This document shows positions 48,791 to 60,270 of a stretch of 64,000 nucleotides of DNA, piece after piece. The notes beneath the pieces were generated by a model. It searched no databases and was not told the origin of the DNA. It worked only from the letters and a program-made list of their open reading frames with translations. The stretch lies in assembly GCF_004010195.1 (NCBI RefSeq), contig NC_057719.1, positions 79,472,503-79,536,502 of the forward strand, written 5' to 3'. Every line of letters begins with the position of its first letter. Within the stretch, counting starts at the first letter, position 1. A program made the position numbers and the translations under genes. Source of the DNA: Chiloscyllium plagiosum (lineage: Eukaryota).

Positions 48791-48959
48791 TTCTTGAACA
48801 ACTGCTGTCTGGGTGGTGTAGTGCTGATGAGAAGCGAGTTCCAGACAGTTTTTGGCATCCTGAGTTCAGGATCTTGAGCTGGACTCTCAATTCCATCCAC
48901 AATACCAGTGGGTGGGTCTAATGCAGGTGTCAACTTTTACCCTTTCAGAACCATTACCT

Positions 48960-50500
48960 TGTATAATGGATTCTATCACCCTCATGACTAGCGCCTTATA
49001 ACCAGTCGACAAACAGTTACTCACTGCAGAATTCCCAGCCTATGATCTGCTCTTGCAGGCACAATACTTATTAGCCTGGTCCAGTTATGTTTCTGGTCAA
49101 TGGTAACATCCAGGATTATTGATGGTGGGGAATTTCAATGAGGAAACGCTGTTGAAAGTCAAGAGAAAATGGTTAGATTCCCTCTGGCTTCAGATAGTCG
49201 TTGTCTGGAACTTTGCTGATGCATTTTCGTTTCACCAACTCAAACTTGAAACGTTTCCATGTTTCATATGACATCTTCAGTACCTGAGGAGTTACAAATG
49301 ATTCTGAACACTGTGCGATCATTAGCGAACATCCTACTTCTGATATTTTGTTGGTGGGAAGCTCTTTGAAGATGTAACTGAAGATGATTAGTCCTAAGAC
49401 ATCACATTGAGCAATTCCTGCAAAGCTGTCCAGGACATTTGTGTAAGGCTCGGACAATGCCAGAATTGAAGGACTGACACACACTCATGCTCATGCACAG
49501 ATTTTACCAAGCATGCACACACGCAAATACACACTCTCTCACATGCACTCACACTCACATGCACATACTCACATGTATACACTCACATTCTCTCTCTCTC
49601 CCTCACATGCATGCACACACACATAGAAGTGTATGGGGTGAACTTGAATTTGCAGAATTGTATTTACCGTTCGAATCTACTTAGCTCAACAGCACACAAT
49701 CTGCAGACAGTCAATGCAGGCAGTCAGTCCATGTGACATTCTATAAATTCCTACTTTGGAAATAGAACCTGTCTGACTCAAGATTGGGATACAGTCTCTA
49801 ACCTCATACCTGTAATTCATTGTCTGAGCTGAGATGTCACCTTTCCTTTATAAGCCCTTAAGTTATCTCAAGAACGTGATTTAAAAGAAGTTCTGGGATT
49901 TAATGAACTGAAACCTGCAAACCATTCTAAAACGTGAAAGACTTAACAGCAGTCTAGGTTTGTTCAATATATCATTTCAGTTGCATGGCACTGTGATCTT
50001 TTGCAATAAATCTGTGTCTTATGATCCTCTTCCACTAGTTATCCGATGAAGGAGCAGCATTCCGAAAGCCAGTACTTCCAAATAAACCTGTTAGACTATA
50101 ACCTGGTGTAATTGAAGGATGAAGTCAATAGTTAGGAAATATGGGTTATAGCAGACACCAAAGGCAATGGGAAGAGAAGCAATTGTCAGTTACCACTTGG
50201 TATAGCTGGATAGATAGGAATGGAACACCAGCCTCATCCCTTTGCCTATTCCTGGAATAGTTTGGTGAGGGTCTACTTTGTTAAATACTATTGACAGATC
50301 GAGAAGACTCAGAAGGGATAATTTATCCTGGTCACAAACAGATTGGTTATCAGTTGTGACTTCGGTAAGAATAATTTTAGTGGGGGTTAATCCCATCAGG
50401 AAGATTCAAAACATGGAGTTGCGGGGAACATTGGCATGGTTTTACAATGGAAAGTGTTCAAAGGCATTGGAAAGGAGAAGAAAGTTTATAGATGAGGTGT
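48960..50500 (-). mobile_element. Old L2/CR1-group LINE interrupted by a Penelope 3' region (+, about 49450-50110)
   Basis: Minus-strand LINE motifs shared with 62625-63530; insert has a CA-rich tract and ends ccgatgaaggagcagcattccgaaagccagt...aaacctgttagactataacctggtgt (family A terminus). Confidence 0.7.
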
Positions 50501-51004
50501 TAGGGCACAGTGGTTAAGAGGAATAATGACGGCAAGCTCACAGTGACATCTGACCACTAATTGCAGCAATGCTACCTCACTCACGTGACACATATTTCAT
50601 AGATACTTCATTGAAAGTGGAAGCTTCAAACATATTTTAGTACAGTCTAATTTCCCCCAGTGAACTCCAAGATTTTAAATAAGATTATGAGTGAAAGATA
50701 TCACTTGCCAATATTACTTCTGGAGCAGCAGACATATAGCAAGATGAACTAATGAACGTGGAAAAAACGAATGACAGAATGAAGGACTGGAAATTAATTA
50801 TTAGCATTCTTGCCTCTGAGTCCAAACATCACAGGATCAAGTTCCACTCCAGAGACTTGAATCCTGGCTGATATTTCATTGCAGTGCAGAGGGAGTGCTA
50901 CGAGGTAGAGGCTTTCACCTTTAAGATAAGATGCTAAACCAGGACTCGATCTGCTCTCTCAGCAGATCCCACAACTCAATGACAAAAATAAAGAGAAGAG
51001 GAGT

Positions 51005-51520
51005 TGGGACATTATTTTGGGACTGGTGAGACCTCTTCTGGAATACTGTGTCCAATTCCAGTCCTCCTGTTATAGGAAGGATAGAAAAGATTTACTAAGA
51101 TGTTACTGGGATTAGAGTTATAAAGAGAGACTGGATAGGCTGGGACTTTCTTCACTGGAGTGTAGGGGGATAAGGAGTGACCTTATAGAGGTTTATAAAA
51201 TCATGAAGGATACAGATAGGGTGAATGGCAGGTGTTTTTTTTCCCAAGGATAGGGAACATCAAGACTACAAGGCATATTTTTAAGGAAAGAGAAGATTTA
51301 AAAATGACATGAGGGGCAACTGTTTTACACCGAGAGTGTTTCATGTATGGATGAGCTTCCAGAGGAAGTGATGGATGCGGGTACAGTTACAATGTTTAAA
51401 AGGCATTTGGATAAATACATGAATAGGAAAGGTTGGAGGAATGCGAGCCAAACGCAGACAGGTGGGAATAGTTTTGTTTGGGATTATGGTCGACATGGTT
51501 GGACCGAATGGTGTATGACT
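51005..51520 (+). mobile_element. CR1 3' fragment
   Basis: ctggtgagacctcttctggaatactgtgtcc...tttaaaaggcatttggataaatac. Confidence 0.88.
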
Positions 51521-52501
51521 TTATAACAGCACAAGAACAGATTTGCTCATTCTTATTACACCGTTTGTGGGAGTCTGCAGTGCAGGACTTGGCATCCGTG
51601 CTTCCTATATTAGAACAGTGACTATACATCAAGTAGTAGTCAGTTAGTTGAAAATTTCCATGCCCATGAAAATGTGAGGGTGAGAGATTAGAAACATTAG
51701 ATGGGTAACGTGGGAAAAAATGAGATCAAATTCTGACATGGGCAGTTTGATTTTCAAAAGTACCTGGAAATAATGAGCAGATATCACTAAACAATTCACA
51801 ATAAAATAAATGGAAAAGAAGCTATCTTGAAGCTGCTGGATCATGTACAGGTTCACTAGTGCATGTTAAAGAGTGGGAGCTTTATTTAACTATTATTACC
51901 CCATCTGGCCTTCATATGACTCAAGTCCCACACCAATGAGTTGAAATTGAATTAGCTTTATTGTCATGTGTGCTCTCATGAGTACAGTGACAAGTTTACC
52001 AGTCACCACTTACGGTACCATCTTAGGTTCAGAGGTACAGTGTAGGTGACTCCCCATTGCCCTCTGAAGTGGTCTCTCACCTTTTATCAATTTTTCAACA
52101 GCTTTAGATTATAGGATATTAAACCAGGACTGACCAAATTGCAATTCTACAAAGAAAAAGTGGGTAATGAAAGAAAATAATGACTTGTTTGCACAGGAGT
52201 GAAAAAATTGTTCGTGTTAAACAAAACAGAGCTGGGTCATTCAGACTGATACAAATGCCAGGTAGCAATTCAGCTACAATAAAATCATCCCTTGTAGTTT
52301 ATAGCCTACAGATCCTCTTGCAATTGCTCAGTGACCCTGTCGGCCATTTGTTTTCTCTTCATTAGCACCTCGCGTGAAGCTGCGAGGCGTATCTGCGTCT
52401 AGAAAAAAACATGATTCGGAGATGCCGGTGTTGGACTGGGGTGTACAAAGTTAAAAATCACACGACACCAGGTTATAGTCCAACAGGTTTCATTGGAAGC
52501 A

Positions 52502-52536
52502 CACTAGCTTTCGGAGCGTCACTCCTTCATCAGGTG
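52502..52536 (-). ncRNA. Minimal type I hammerhead ribozyme motif (mirror copy)
   Basis: Reverse complement cacctgatgaaggagtgacgctccgaaagctagtg; stem II kept with a U-G wobble. Confidence 0.7.
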
Positions 52537-52811
52537 ATAGTGGAAGGCTCAATCCTAACACAGAATGTATAGCAAAAATTTACAGTTTGATGTAACTGAA
52601 ATTATACATTGAAAAATTGATTGTCTGTCAAGCCTTGCATCTGTTTGAATGCCATGATTTTTCACTTCTTTCATGAAAGAAGAAACAATCATGGCATTCA
52701 AACAGATGAAAGACTTAACAGACAATCAATTTTTCAATGTATAATTTCAGTTACATCACACTGTAAATTTTTGCTGTAAATTCTGTGTGTTAGGATTGAG
52801 CCCTCCACTAT

Positions 52812-52846
52812 CACCTGATGAAGGAGCGACGCTCCGAAAGCTAGTG
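52812..52846 (+). ncRNA. Minimal type I hammerhead ribozyme motif
   Basis: CAC CUGAUGA A GGAGC-GAC-GCUCC GAA AGCU A GUG: intact core, 5-bp stem II, palindromic AGCU stem III, CUA cleavage triplet, CAC/GUG stem I. Confidence 0.75.
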
Positions 52847-54275
52847 TGCTTCCAATTAAACCTGTTGGACTATAACCTGGTGTTGTATGATTTTTTAACT
52901 TAATGAACGATGACTGTTTTCTTCTATCAGTTCCTGAGAGTGAAAGGATGGTCGGTTGGTCACAGTCGTGTGAGGTGACATTACGTGCACATTTCTTTAC
53001 AACTGTAAGGTTAAAGGTTACCAAACCAAAATACCACATCTGGAATCTTATTGATACTTGATTCAGAGCATCAATTCTAGCCTCAAACCCATTGATATTA
53101 GCTATTGCTTCAGTGACACTTTGAGCATCTTTTTGGCTCGGTGGGTGTAACATTGAGTGATTTGGAGGGATTCTTGCTGCAAGATTTCTCACTCTGCTTT
53201 ACTAAACCTGCCTCACTAACTATTTACCCCACCCCTATGATGTCTCTCACATCTTACCACATGCCACTCCTGGTGCAGCTCACCACCAATTTCCAGTATC
53301 AGTCGAAAGGTTGGCTTCTCTTGTGTCTGTGCCAACTTTAAAGGATGCCTTGGCATGTGTTGGCATTGCCCTGCACCAGCAATGTAAAGGCACTGCAACC
53401 ACAAAGCCATGGCAGACACTCTGTTGCTCAAAAATCTCTCACTTTATTTGCCATTTCAGCTTCATGCTGCACACTTTACTTGTCCTCAGCTACATCTCAT
53501 CTAAACACCTCCTCGGTCAACACTACTCTGTCCCCAGTGCCCAGTGGACACCTGGATCTTATCATTGTCCAGTAAGAGAACATCACACACAGGTGAACAT
53601 TCAGACAATTCCAAGCATGAACTTTTATTGGCAACCAGCCGAAGTGAACATAAACAAAATAAATAAAGACCGCAGCTCACCCCTACAACTCAACCCAAAG
53701 ACTGGCATCTTGACCTTGACAGTTCACAATGGTCATCTATACTAGTTGAATCTTAGAGTCATAGTCATAGAGATGTACAGCACGGAAACAGACTTTCAGT
53801 CTAACTCATCCATGCTGACTAGATGTTCTATATTAATCTAGTTCCATTTGCCAACGTTTGTCCCGTATCCCTCTAAATCCTCCTTATTCATATACCCATC
53901 CAGATGTCTTTTAAATGTTGTAATTGTAACAGCCTCTACACTTCCTCTGGCAGCTCATTCCATGCATGCACTACCCTCTATGTGCAAAAGTTGCCCCTTA
54001 GATCCCTTTTATATCTTTCCTCTCTCACCCCAAACCTCTGCCCTCTCGTCTTGGACTCCCCCTACCCTGGGGAAAAGACCTTGCCAATTCACTCAGTCCA
54101 TGCCCCTTATGATTTTATAAGCCTCTATATTGTCATCCCTCAGCCTCCGACGCTCCAGGGAAAACAACCCCAGCCTATTCAGCCCCTCCCTATAGCTCAA
54201 ACCCTCCAACCCTGGCAACATCGTTGTAAATCTTTTCTGAACCCTTTCACGTTTCACAACATCCTTCCTATAGGA

Positions 54276-54480
54276 AGTTAAAAATCACACAGACCAGGTT
54301 ATAGTCCAACAAGTTTAATTGGAAACACACTAGCTTTCGGAGCGCCGCTCCTTCATCAGGTGGTTGTGAGCGGTGCTCCGAAAGCTAGTGCTTCCAATTA
54401 AACCTGTTGGACTATAACCTGGTCTGTGTGATTTTTAACTTCGTACATCCCTGTCCAACACCGGCATCTCCAAATCATGA
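54276..54480. mobile_element. Fold-back Penelope-derived mini-element (family A)
   Basis: Inverted arms; 12-bp TSD cttcctatagga at 54264-54275 and 54481-54492. Confidence 0.9.
54328..54362 (-). ncRNA. Minimal type I hammerhead ribozyme motif
   Basis: Reverse complement cacctgatgaaggagcggcgctccgaaagctagtg. Confidence 0.72.
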
Positions 54481-55096
54481 CTTCCTATAGGAGGGAGACT
54501 AGAACTGCACGTAATACTCCAAAGATGGCCAAACCAATGTCCTGTGCAGCTGCAAAATGACTTCCCAACTTTGATACTACTGGAACTGATGTGTGCTAGT
54601 CACGCGGCATGATTGTAATGTCTATTTTTTGGGTGTTTTCCAGTTTAAGTTCATAGAGAATTTCCAGTCAATGGTTGAATTTCTGCATTATGTATCAAAT
54701 GAAGGATTAAGAAATCACAGAAATGAATTGCTGGACAGAGAAACTCATTATTGGGAACATCAGGGAATGCATTAAAATGAATTCCGTTTCAAGCTGCACA
54801 AGGCTGGAGAGTAACTGCGTCATTTGGTTTAACCCGTTTATCTTTGGGGGCTGTGGGAAAGCACATAGTGGGTTCTGCAGAGCACGCCATATGTAACGGT
54901 CTGGAAGCAGTCTGCTTGTGAACCAAGACAGTGCCTGAAAAGGGAAGCTTGTTAAGCTGCGAGGTAAAGAAACCACAGAAGCTATCTGAAAGAATAGACA
55001 GGGCACACACAAACAGACAGACAACAAACATTTATTCCTCAAACTGGGACTGGATTAGGAAAACGTTTGCAAACTATTGTAAAATGTATCATAGAA

Positions 55097-55305
55097 TAAT
55101 AGAATCCCTGCAGTGTGGAAGCAGGCCATTCAGCCCACAAGTCCACACTGACCCTTCGAAGAGTAACCCTCCCAGATTCACTCCCTCTACCTTATTACTC
55201 TAGATTTGCCCCTGACTAATGCATCTGACCTTTGGACTGTGGGAGGAAACCAGAGCACCCACAGGAAACCCATGCAGACACAAGCAAAATTTGCAAACTG
55301 CACAT
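55097..55305 (-). mobile_element. HE1-type SINE, partial
   Basis: ctttggactgtgggaggaaaccagagcacc...catgcagacac. Confidence 0.85.
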
Positions 55306-55544
55306 ATTTAGGGTGAAATCTTATAAGTGTCTGAGTGTTATGGGCTATGGTGCAGTGTGTGTGGCAGAGTCAGTTCAAAAATCCAGTGAGACCCATCATG
55401 ACATTAAAATCACCTCACTCCACTTTGCTAAGCTTCACACAAGTGAAGGGGTGAGATTCTCACAAGGCAGTAGCAAGTCGTTAGTTGAAGCGGATTAATG
55501 CTTATTCAGCGCTTATTGTCAACCTTGTTGACAGCACAACCAGG

Positions 55545-55840
55545 GTGACACCATGGCTATGGTTAGCACTGCTTTCTCACAGAGCCAGGGACCCAGGTTC
55601 GATTTCCACCACTGATGACTGTCTGTGTGGAGTTTGCACAGTCTCCATGTGTCTGTGTGGGTTACCTCCTGGGTGCTCTGATTTCTACCTTTTGTCCAAA
55701 GATGTACAGGGTAGGTTGATTAGCCATGGGAAATGCAGGGTTACAGGGATAGGGTAGGGGATGGGTCTGGGTTGGATACCCATTGGAATGTTGGTGTGGA
55801 CTCAATGGACTGAATGAGCTGCTTCCAACCTGTAAGGATT
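55545..55840 (+). mobile_element. HE1-type SINE
   Basis: ggttagcactgct..ctcacag.gccagggacccaggttcgatt...gtccaaagatgt.cagg. Confidence 0.88.
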
Positions 55841-55894
55841 AAGGGGGAAAAAAGCTCTCCTCCATTAATATTCAGACTCCCATCTAACCAAACA

Positions 55895-56525
55895 AGCTGA
55901 TTTGGAGGAAGATATAGGTGGGCTGATGAGCAAATTTGTAGATGACACTAAGATTGGTGGAGTAGCAGATAGTGAAGAGGACTGTCAGAGAATGCAGCAG
56001 AATATAGATAGATTGGAGAGTTGGGCAGAGAAATGGCAGATGGAGTTCAATTCGGGCAAATGCGAGGTTAAGCATTTTGGAAGATCCAATTCAAGAGCAA
56101 CCTATACAGTAATTGGAAAAGTCCTGGAGAAAATTGATGTACAGAGAGATCTGGGTGTTCAGGTCCATTATTCCCTGAAGGTGGCAATGCAGGTCAGTAG
56201 AGTGGTCAAAAAGGCGTATGGCATGCTTTCCTTAATCAGACAGGGTATTGAGTATAAGTGTTGGCAGGTCATGTTACAGTTGTATAAGACTTTGGTTCTG
56301 CCACATTTGGAAGACTGCATACAGTTCTGGTCGCCACATTACCAAAAGAATGTTGATGTTTTGAAGAGGGTGCAGGGGAGGCTCACCAGGATGTTGCCTG
56401 GGATGGAGGGTGCTATCTATGAAGAGAGGTTGAGTAGATTAGGATTATTTTCATTAGAAAGATGGAGGTTGAGGGGGAAACTGATTGAGATCTACAAAAT
56501 CAGGAGAGGTGTAGACAGGGCAGAT
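55895..56525 (+). mobile_element. CR1 RT C-terminal fragment (216-aa open frame)
   Basis: [14 protein letters not shown]...WQMEFN..KCEV.HFG...LVLPHLEDCIQFWSP. Confidence 0.93.
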
Positions 56526-56897
56526 GGGGACAGGAAGGACAGTTGTCAGTGAGATTCAATGTGGTGGGACTCCACATTATTGGGGGAGGTCAGTTGAAAT
56601 GGACTGTTGAGACATAGTGTGAGACGCAGGGTTTGGGAAATGGAGGAGTACCTGGCAAGTAGGCAGGGCCCACCGTTGATGGTGCCCATCATGAGCCATA
56701 TTCCCCTCTATTACTTTCCATTTTCTAGATGCAAAGTGGTCCTTGGACATTGCGCAGTGTGGGTGGAATCAGTGTCGGTTTCATGGGCAACAGTGCAGGA
56801 TCCATATTTACTGGATTCTAGGACATTATCACAACAATGAGGCAGCCATTCACAAGATACAGCCACATTTCATTTTCAATCAATTTAATCATCAATC

Positions 56898-57265
56898 AGC
56901 TCAGTGGTTAGCACCGCTGCCCCTCAGAGCTAGGGACCTGGGTTCGATTCCAGCCTCGGGCGACTGTCTGTGTGAGTTTGCACATGTTTCCCGTGTCTGC
57001 ATGGGTTTCCTCCATATCTCCGGCTTCCTCCCACAGTCCAAAGATGTGCAGATTAGTTGGATTGGCCAAGCTAAATTGTCCATAGTGTTCAGATATGTGC
57101 AGGTTAGGTGGATTAAACAAGGGAAATAAAGGGATAGGGTATTGGAACAAGTCCAGGCCGAAAGGCCTCTTCTGTACTGTAGGGATGTGCAGGCTAAGGG
57201 AAATGTGGAGTTGCAGGGATTGGGTGGAATGCTGTTTGGAGGGTTTATGCAGATTTGCTGTAGGG
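56898..57265 (+). mobile_element. HE1-type SINE with partially duplicated 3' part
   Basis: gctcagtggttagcaccgctg...gggttcgattccagcctcgggcgactgtctgtgt; gatgtgcagg block repeated. Confidence 0.88.
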
Positions 57266-57704
57266 ATTCAATTTAATTTATTATTGCCACATATGCTGGG
57301 GTACAGTGAACCGTAACACCTTACGTACTTTACAGGCATTTGCTTTGCCGGCAGAGTGAAGGTGCTGAAGGGTTAGATTTGGAAGTGCAATTTGCCTTTC
57401 TCCAGAATCGGGTTTTGCAAATGGAACTTTGGCATCTCAATGGTGTGGGTGTGAGGAGCAATGACTTTTCAAAAGGCCGTTGTTGGCCAAAGAGAAACCA
57501 TTATGGGTGCAACTTCTAACTTCCCACTTCACATCACCTCATTGTCTGTGATGTAAATGTAACGATGGTCTGTCTTGAATGAGTGAGAAGTGGAGCATTG
57601 GATGAGGGTCCATGTGGAAGGGTATCAGTGCAGCGCAGACACTCCCTTATCAATGACGCTGGGTGATCACTCAGCCTTCACCAAGTTAATGCACAGGCTG
57701 AGCC

Positions 57705-58316
57705 TGAACTTGGATGGATGATGGCGATGGTGGTAGGCAGGGGTTCGCAGTGTTTGGCTCCTGAGCTCATGGCTCCATCATTTCTTTCCAGCTTGGCAAC
57801 AGTCTTTTTTTTTAGCTGTGGTTGGTCCTGCAGGAGGCAGGGACCCTGTGTTTCTCCAAGTCCACTCCATCTTGGTGGCGGCATGGGAAAATGGGCTGGA
57901 ACCCTGCATCGGTCGATTTGGAGCCAGGATCCACCTGGTCAATGTCCAGCTTGGGAGGAGGTGCAGGAGCCGCGCAACGTTGACGTCTCCTCCTTGGAGG
58001 CAGTGGATATGGAAGCAATGGTGCCAGTGACGGCAGAAATGGAGCACATCAGCATGATGCCAGGGACACTGGTGGACAGTGGCAACTGGAGGAGCAGCGA
58101 GGGTGAAGACTACAGAGAGGGAATGATGAAGGTTTGAAGCTGTTTCAGTTTTAGTAATATCAATTTAACATTAGTTTATTCAGTATTTTACCGAAGGTAC
58201 GATTTATTCAGTAATTTATTCTATAATTCAAGATGGCCCCGGTACCTGGCAACATGATCGACTTTTAATTGTCTCTAGGTACAAGTGACAGTATTAAATA
58301 AATCTAAATCTAAATG
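57705..58316 (+). mobile_element. Non-autonomous element with Rex/Babar-like tail
   Basis: GC-rich body, caagatggcc at 58229-58238, gtacaagtgacagtattaaa(taaatc)n end. Confidence 0.55.
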
Positions 58317-58679
58317 CATCCCCATTAGCAGGGTGCAGCAGTGTGGGGAAGTGCGTTCTCCCTCATCTGCAAGGCTGGCCACCCATGATTCATCTGAAAT
58401 CTAAGAAAGTCTTTTCCTCTCCTTTTCACTCTGTCACAGGCAATGTGGATTTGTGTCCGTAGGGTGGTTACTGTGCCATGACATTGCCGGTGCGGGGCAA
58501 TGTTGGTTTGCCACTGGTTGTCTGGATGCACACCATCAAAGACCGTACAAGGGGGTGCTGGTTTTTTTTGGTGGATACCTTGTTGAGCGACAAATTGTTC
58601 TGAGAATGGCGGCAGAGTAGGGTGGGGTAGAAATCAGACATGGGAGATGCCAGAGAAGCTGAGTAGGTAATTAATGAGG

Positions 58680-58806
58680 CAAAAGTGAGGACTGCAGAGG
58701 CTGGAGATTAGAGTCAAGGCACGAGTGGTGCTGGAAATGCACAGCAGGTCAGGCAGCTTCCGAGGAACAGGAAAATCGACGTTACGGGCAGGACCCCTTC
58801 CTCATG
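58680..58806 (-). mobile_element. Penelope-derived short element (family B)
   Basis: aaaagtgaggactgcaga.gctggag...aatcgacgttacgggc; 10-bp TSD attaatgagg at 58670-58679 and 58807-58816. Confidence 0.82.
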
Positions 58807-58979
58807 ATTAATGAGGTTAGGCTGGTAAAATAGCACAAGGATTCACAGCAAAAAAAAAACCTTCCACAAAACTCAACTCAGACTCAGCCTTGCAAAAGGT
58901 AGGATTCAACCCCTACACTTCGGATGTTCTGGTCATAGTTTAAGACATTTCAGAGAAAGGAATATTACATTTGCCCAGT

Positions 58980-59402
58980 CAAATGCAGAATACTGCAGAT
59001 GCTGAAGGTCTGAAATAAAAACATAAAATAAGACACAAGCAGAAGTTCAGTAGGGTCTGGTAGCATCTGCGGGGATAGTGAGGACCGCAGATGCTGGAGA
59101 GTCAGAGTGGATAAAGAGTGGAGCTGGAAAAAGCACAGCTGAAAATGTGTTGCTGGCAAAGCGCAGCAGGTCAGGCTGCTGGAAAAAGCACAGTCGGGCG
59201 AACAGCCTCAGAGGAGAAGGGGAGCCGACGTTTCAGGTTGGAACCTTTCGTCAGCAGAGTGAAGTAGGGTCAATGCTTCAAGTTCATTATTAACATTTTG
59301 CTCTGAAGATGTTATACTAGACTCGAAACGTTAGCTCAGTTTCTCTCTCCACAGATGCTGCTGGACCTGCTGAGACTCTCCCACATTTTCTGTTTTACTT
59401 CT
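58980..59402. mobile_element. Stack of Penelope-derived termini in both orientations
   Basis: Several (c/t)gcagatgctg and ctggaaaaagcacag blocks; gct-ctgaaga...gaaacgtt-agc hammerhead-like core at about 59300-59336. Confidence 0.7.
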
Positions 59403-59696
59403 GGTACGTTTCCCCCAGCTATTGGGCCAGAGGCCAAATCAGAAGAACAAACTTATTGCACAGGACAAGGGGAAATCGATTTCACCGATCAAAAAAGCAT
59501 GCTTTGTAAACAATGAATTACTTTGGGAGTCGTCACTGAGGTAATCCAGGAACTGTTGCACACAACAAGAGTTGCACACAACAATACGCCAAACCTACCC
59601 AATCATCTGTTTTCAGCTATGTTCACCGAGAGATAAATATCATTTAGAATCCACAGCAAACTCCTTTGCTCTTCTTTGAAGAATATATGCAATCTT

Positions 59697-60270
59697 CATG
59701 TTACAGCTTTATAAGACTTTGGTGAGGCCACACTTACAAGTATTGCATTCAATTCTGATCGCCACATTGCAGGAAGGATTTTGAGGCTTTGGAGAGGGCG
59801 CAGAAGAGGTTTAGTAGGGATGCTGCCTGGATTAGAGGGTATGGACTCTAAGGGGAGGCTAGAAAACCTCAGGTTGTTTTCTCTGGAGCGGTGGAGGCTG
59901 AGGGGAGAATAGAAGTCTATAAAGTTATGAGATGCATAGGGAGGGTTGACAGTCAGAATCTTTTTCCCAGGGTTGAAATGTCTAAAAGTAGGGGGGGGGA
60001 TGCATTTAAGGTGACAGCAGACAAGTTCAAAGGAGATGTGAGGGGCAAATTTTTTTACACAGAGAGGTTGGAGTCTGGAACACACTGCCAGGGGTGATGG
60101 TTGAGGCAGATATGATAGGGGAGTTTAAGGGACTTTTAGATAAGCACATGAATATTGCAAGGAATGGAGGGATATGGACCAATGGCAGGCAGAAGGGATT
60201 AGTTTAATTTGGCATCATGTTCAGCACAACATCGTGGGCCTGTTCCTGCGCTGTACCATTCTATGTTCTT
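59697..60270 (+). mobile_element. CR1 3' fragment inserted into a minus-strand Deu-type SINE remnant
   Basis: tataagactttggtgaggccacac...ctgtaccattctatgttct tail. Confidence 0.88.

Larger units (their letters stand above)
52410..52901. mobile_element. Long fold-back Penelope-derived element (family A)
   Basis: About 225-bp inverted arms over 52448-52901 centred on the spacer-less palindrome cttctttcatgaaagaag (52665-52682), plus a 5' extension atgattcggagatgccggtgttggactgggg. Confidence 0.9.
53755..54580 (-). mobile_element. CR1 3' fragment interrupted by a family A element
   Basis: tagagtcatagtcatagagatgtacagcacgg...; resumes after 54480 (gagactagaactgcacgtaatactcc). Confidence 0.9.

Noticed and set aside
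50040..50075. Functional hammerhead in the Penelope 3' region
   Set aside because: The core reads CCGAUGA and both stem II and the cleavage triplet are mutated.
52734..53192. 152-aa minus-strand ORF
   Set aside because: It runs into a non-coding palindromic repeat arm; a chance ORF.
54642..54775. Possible exon after the acceptor-like ttttccag
   Set aside because: The short frame ends in a stop and encodes no recognisable protein; more likely non-coding unique DNA.
57718..58137. GC-rich 139-aa ORF
   Set aside because: It lies within a repeat body, has overlapping ORFs in several frames and shows no recognisable domain.
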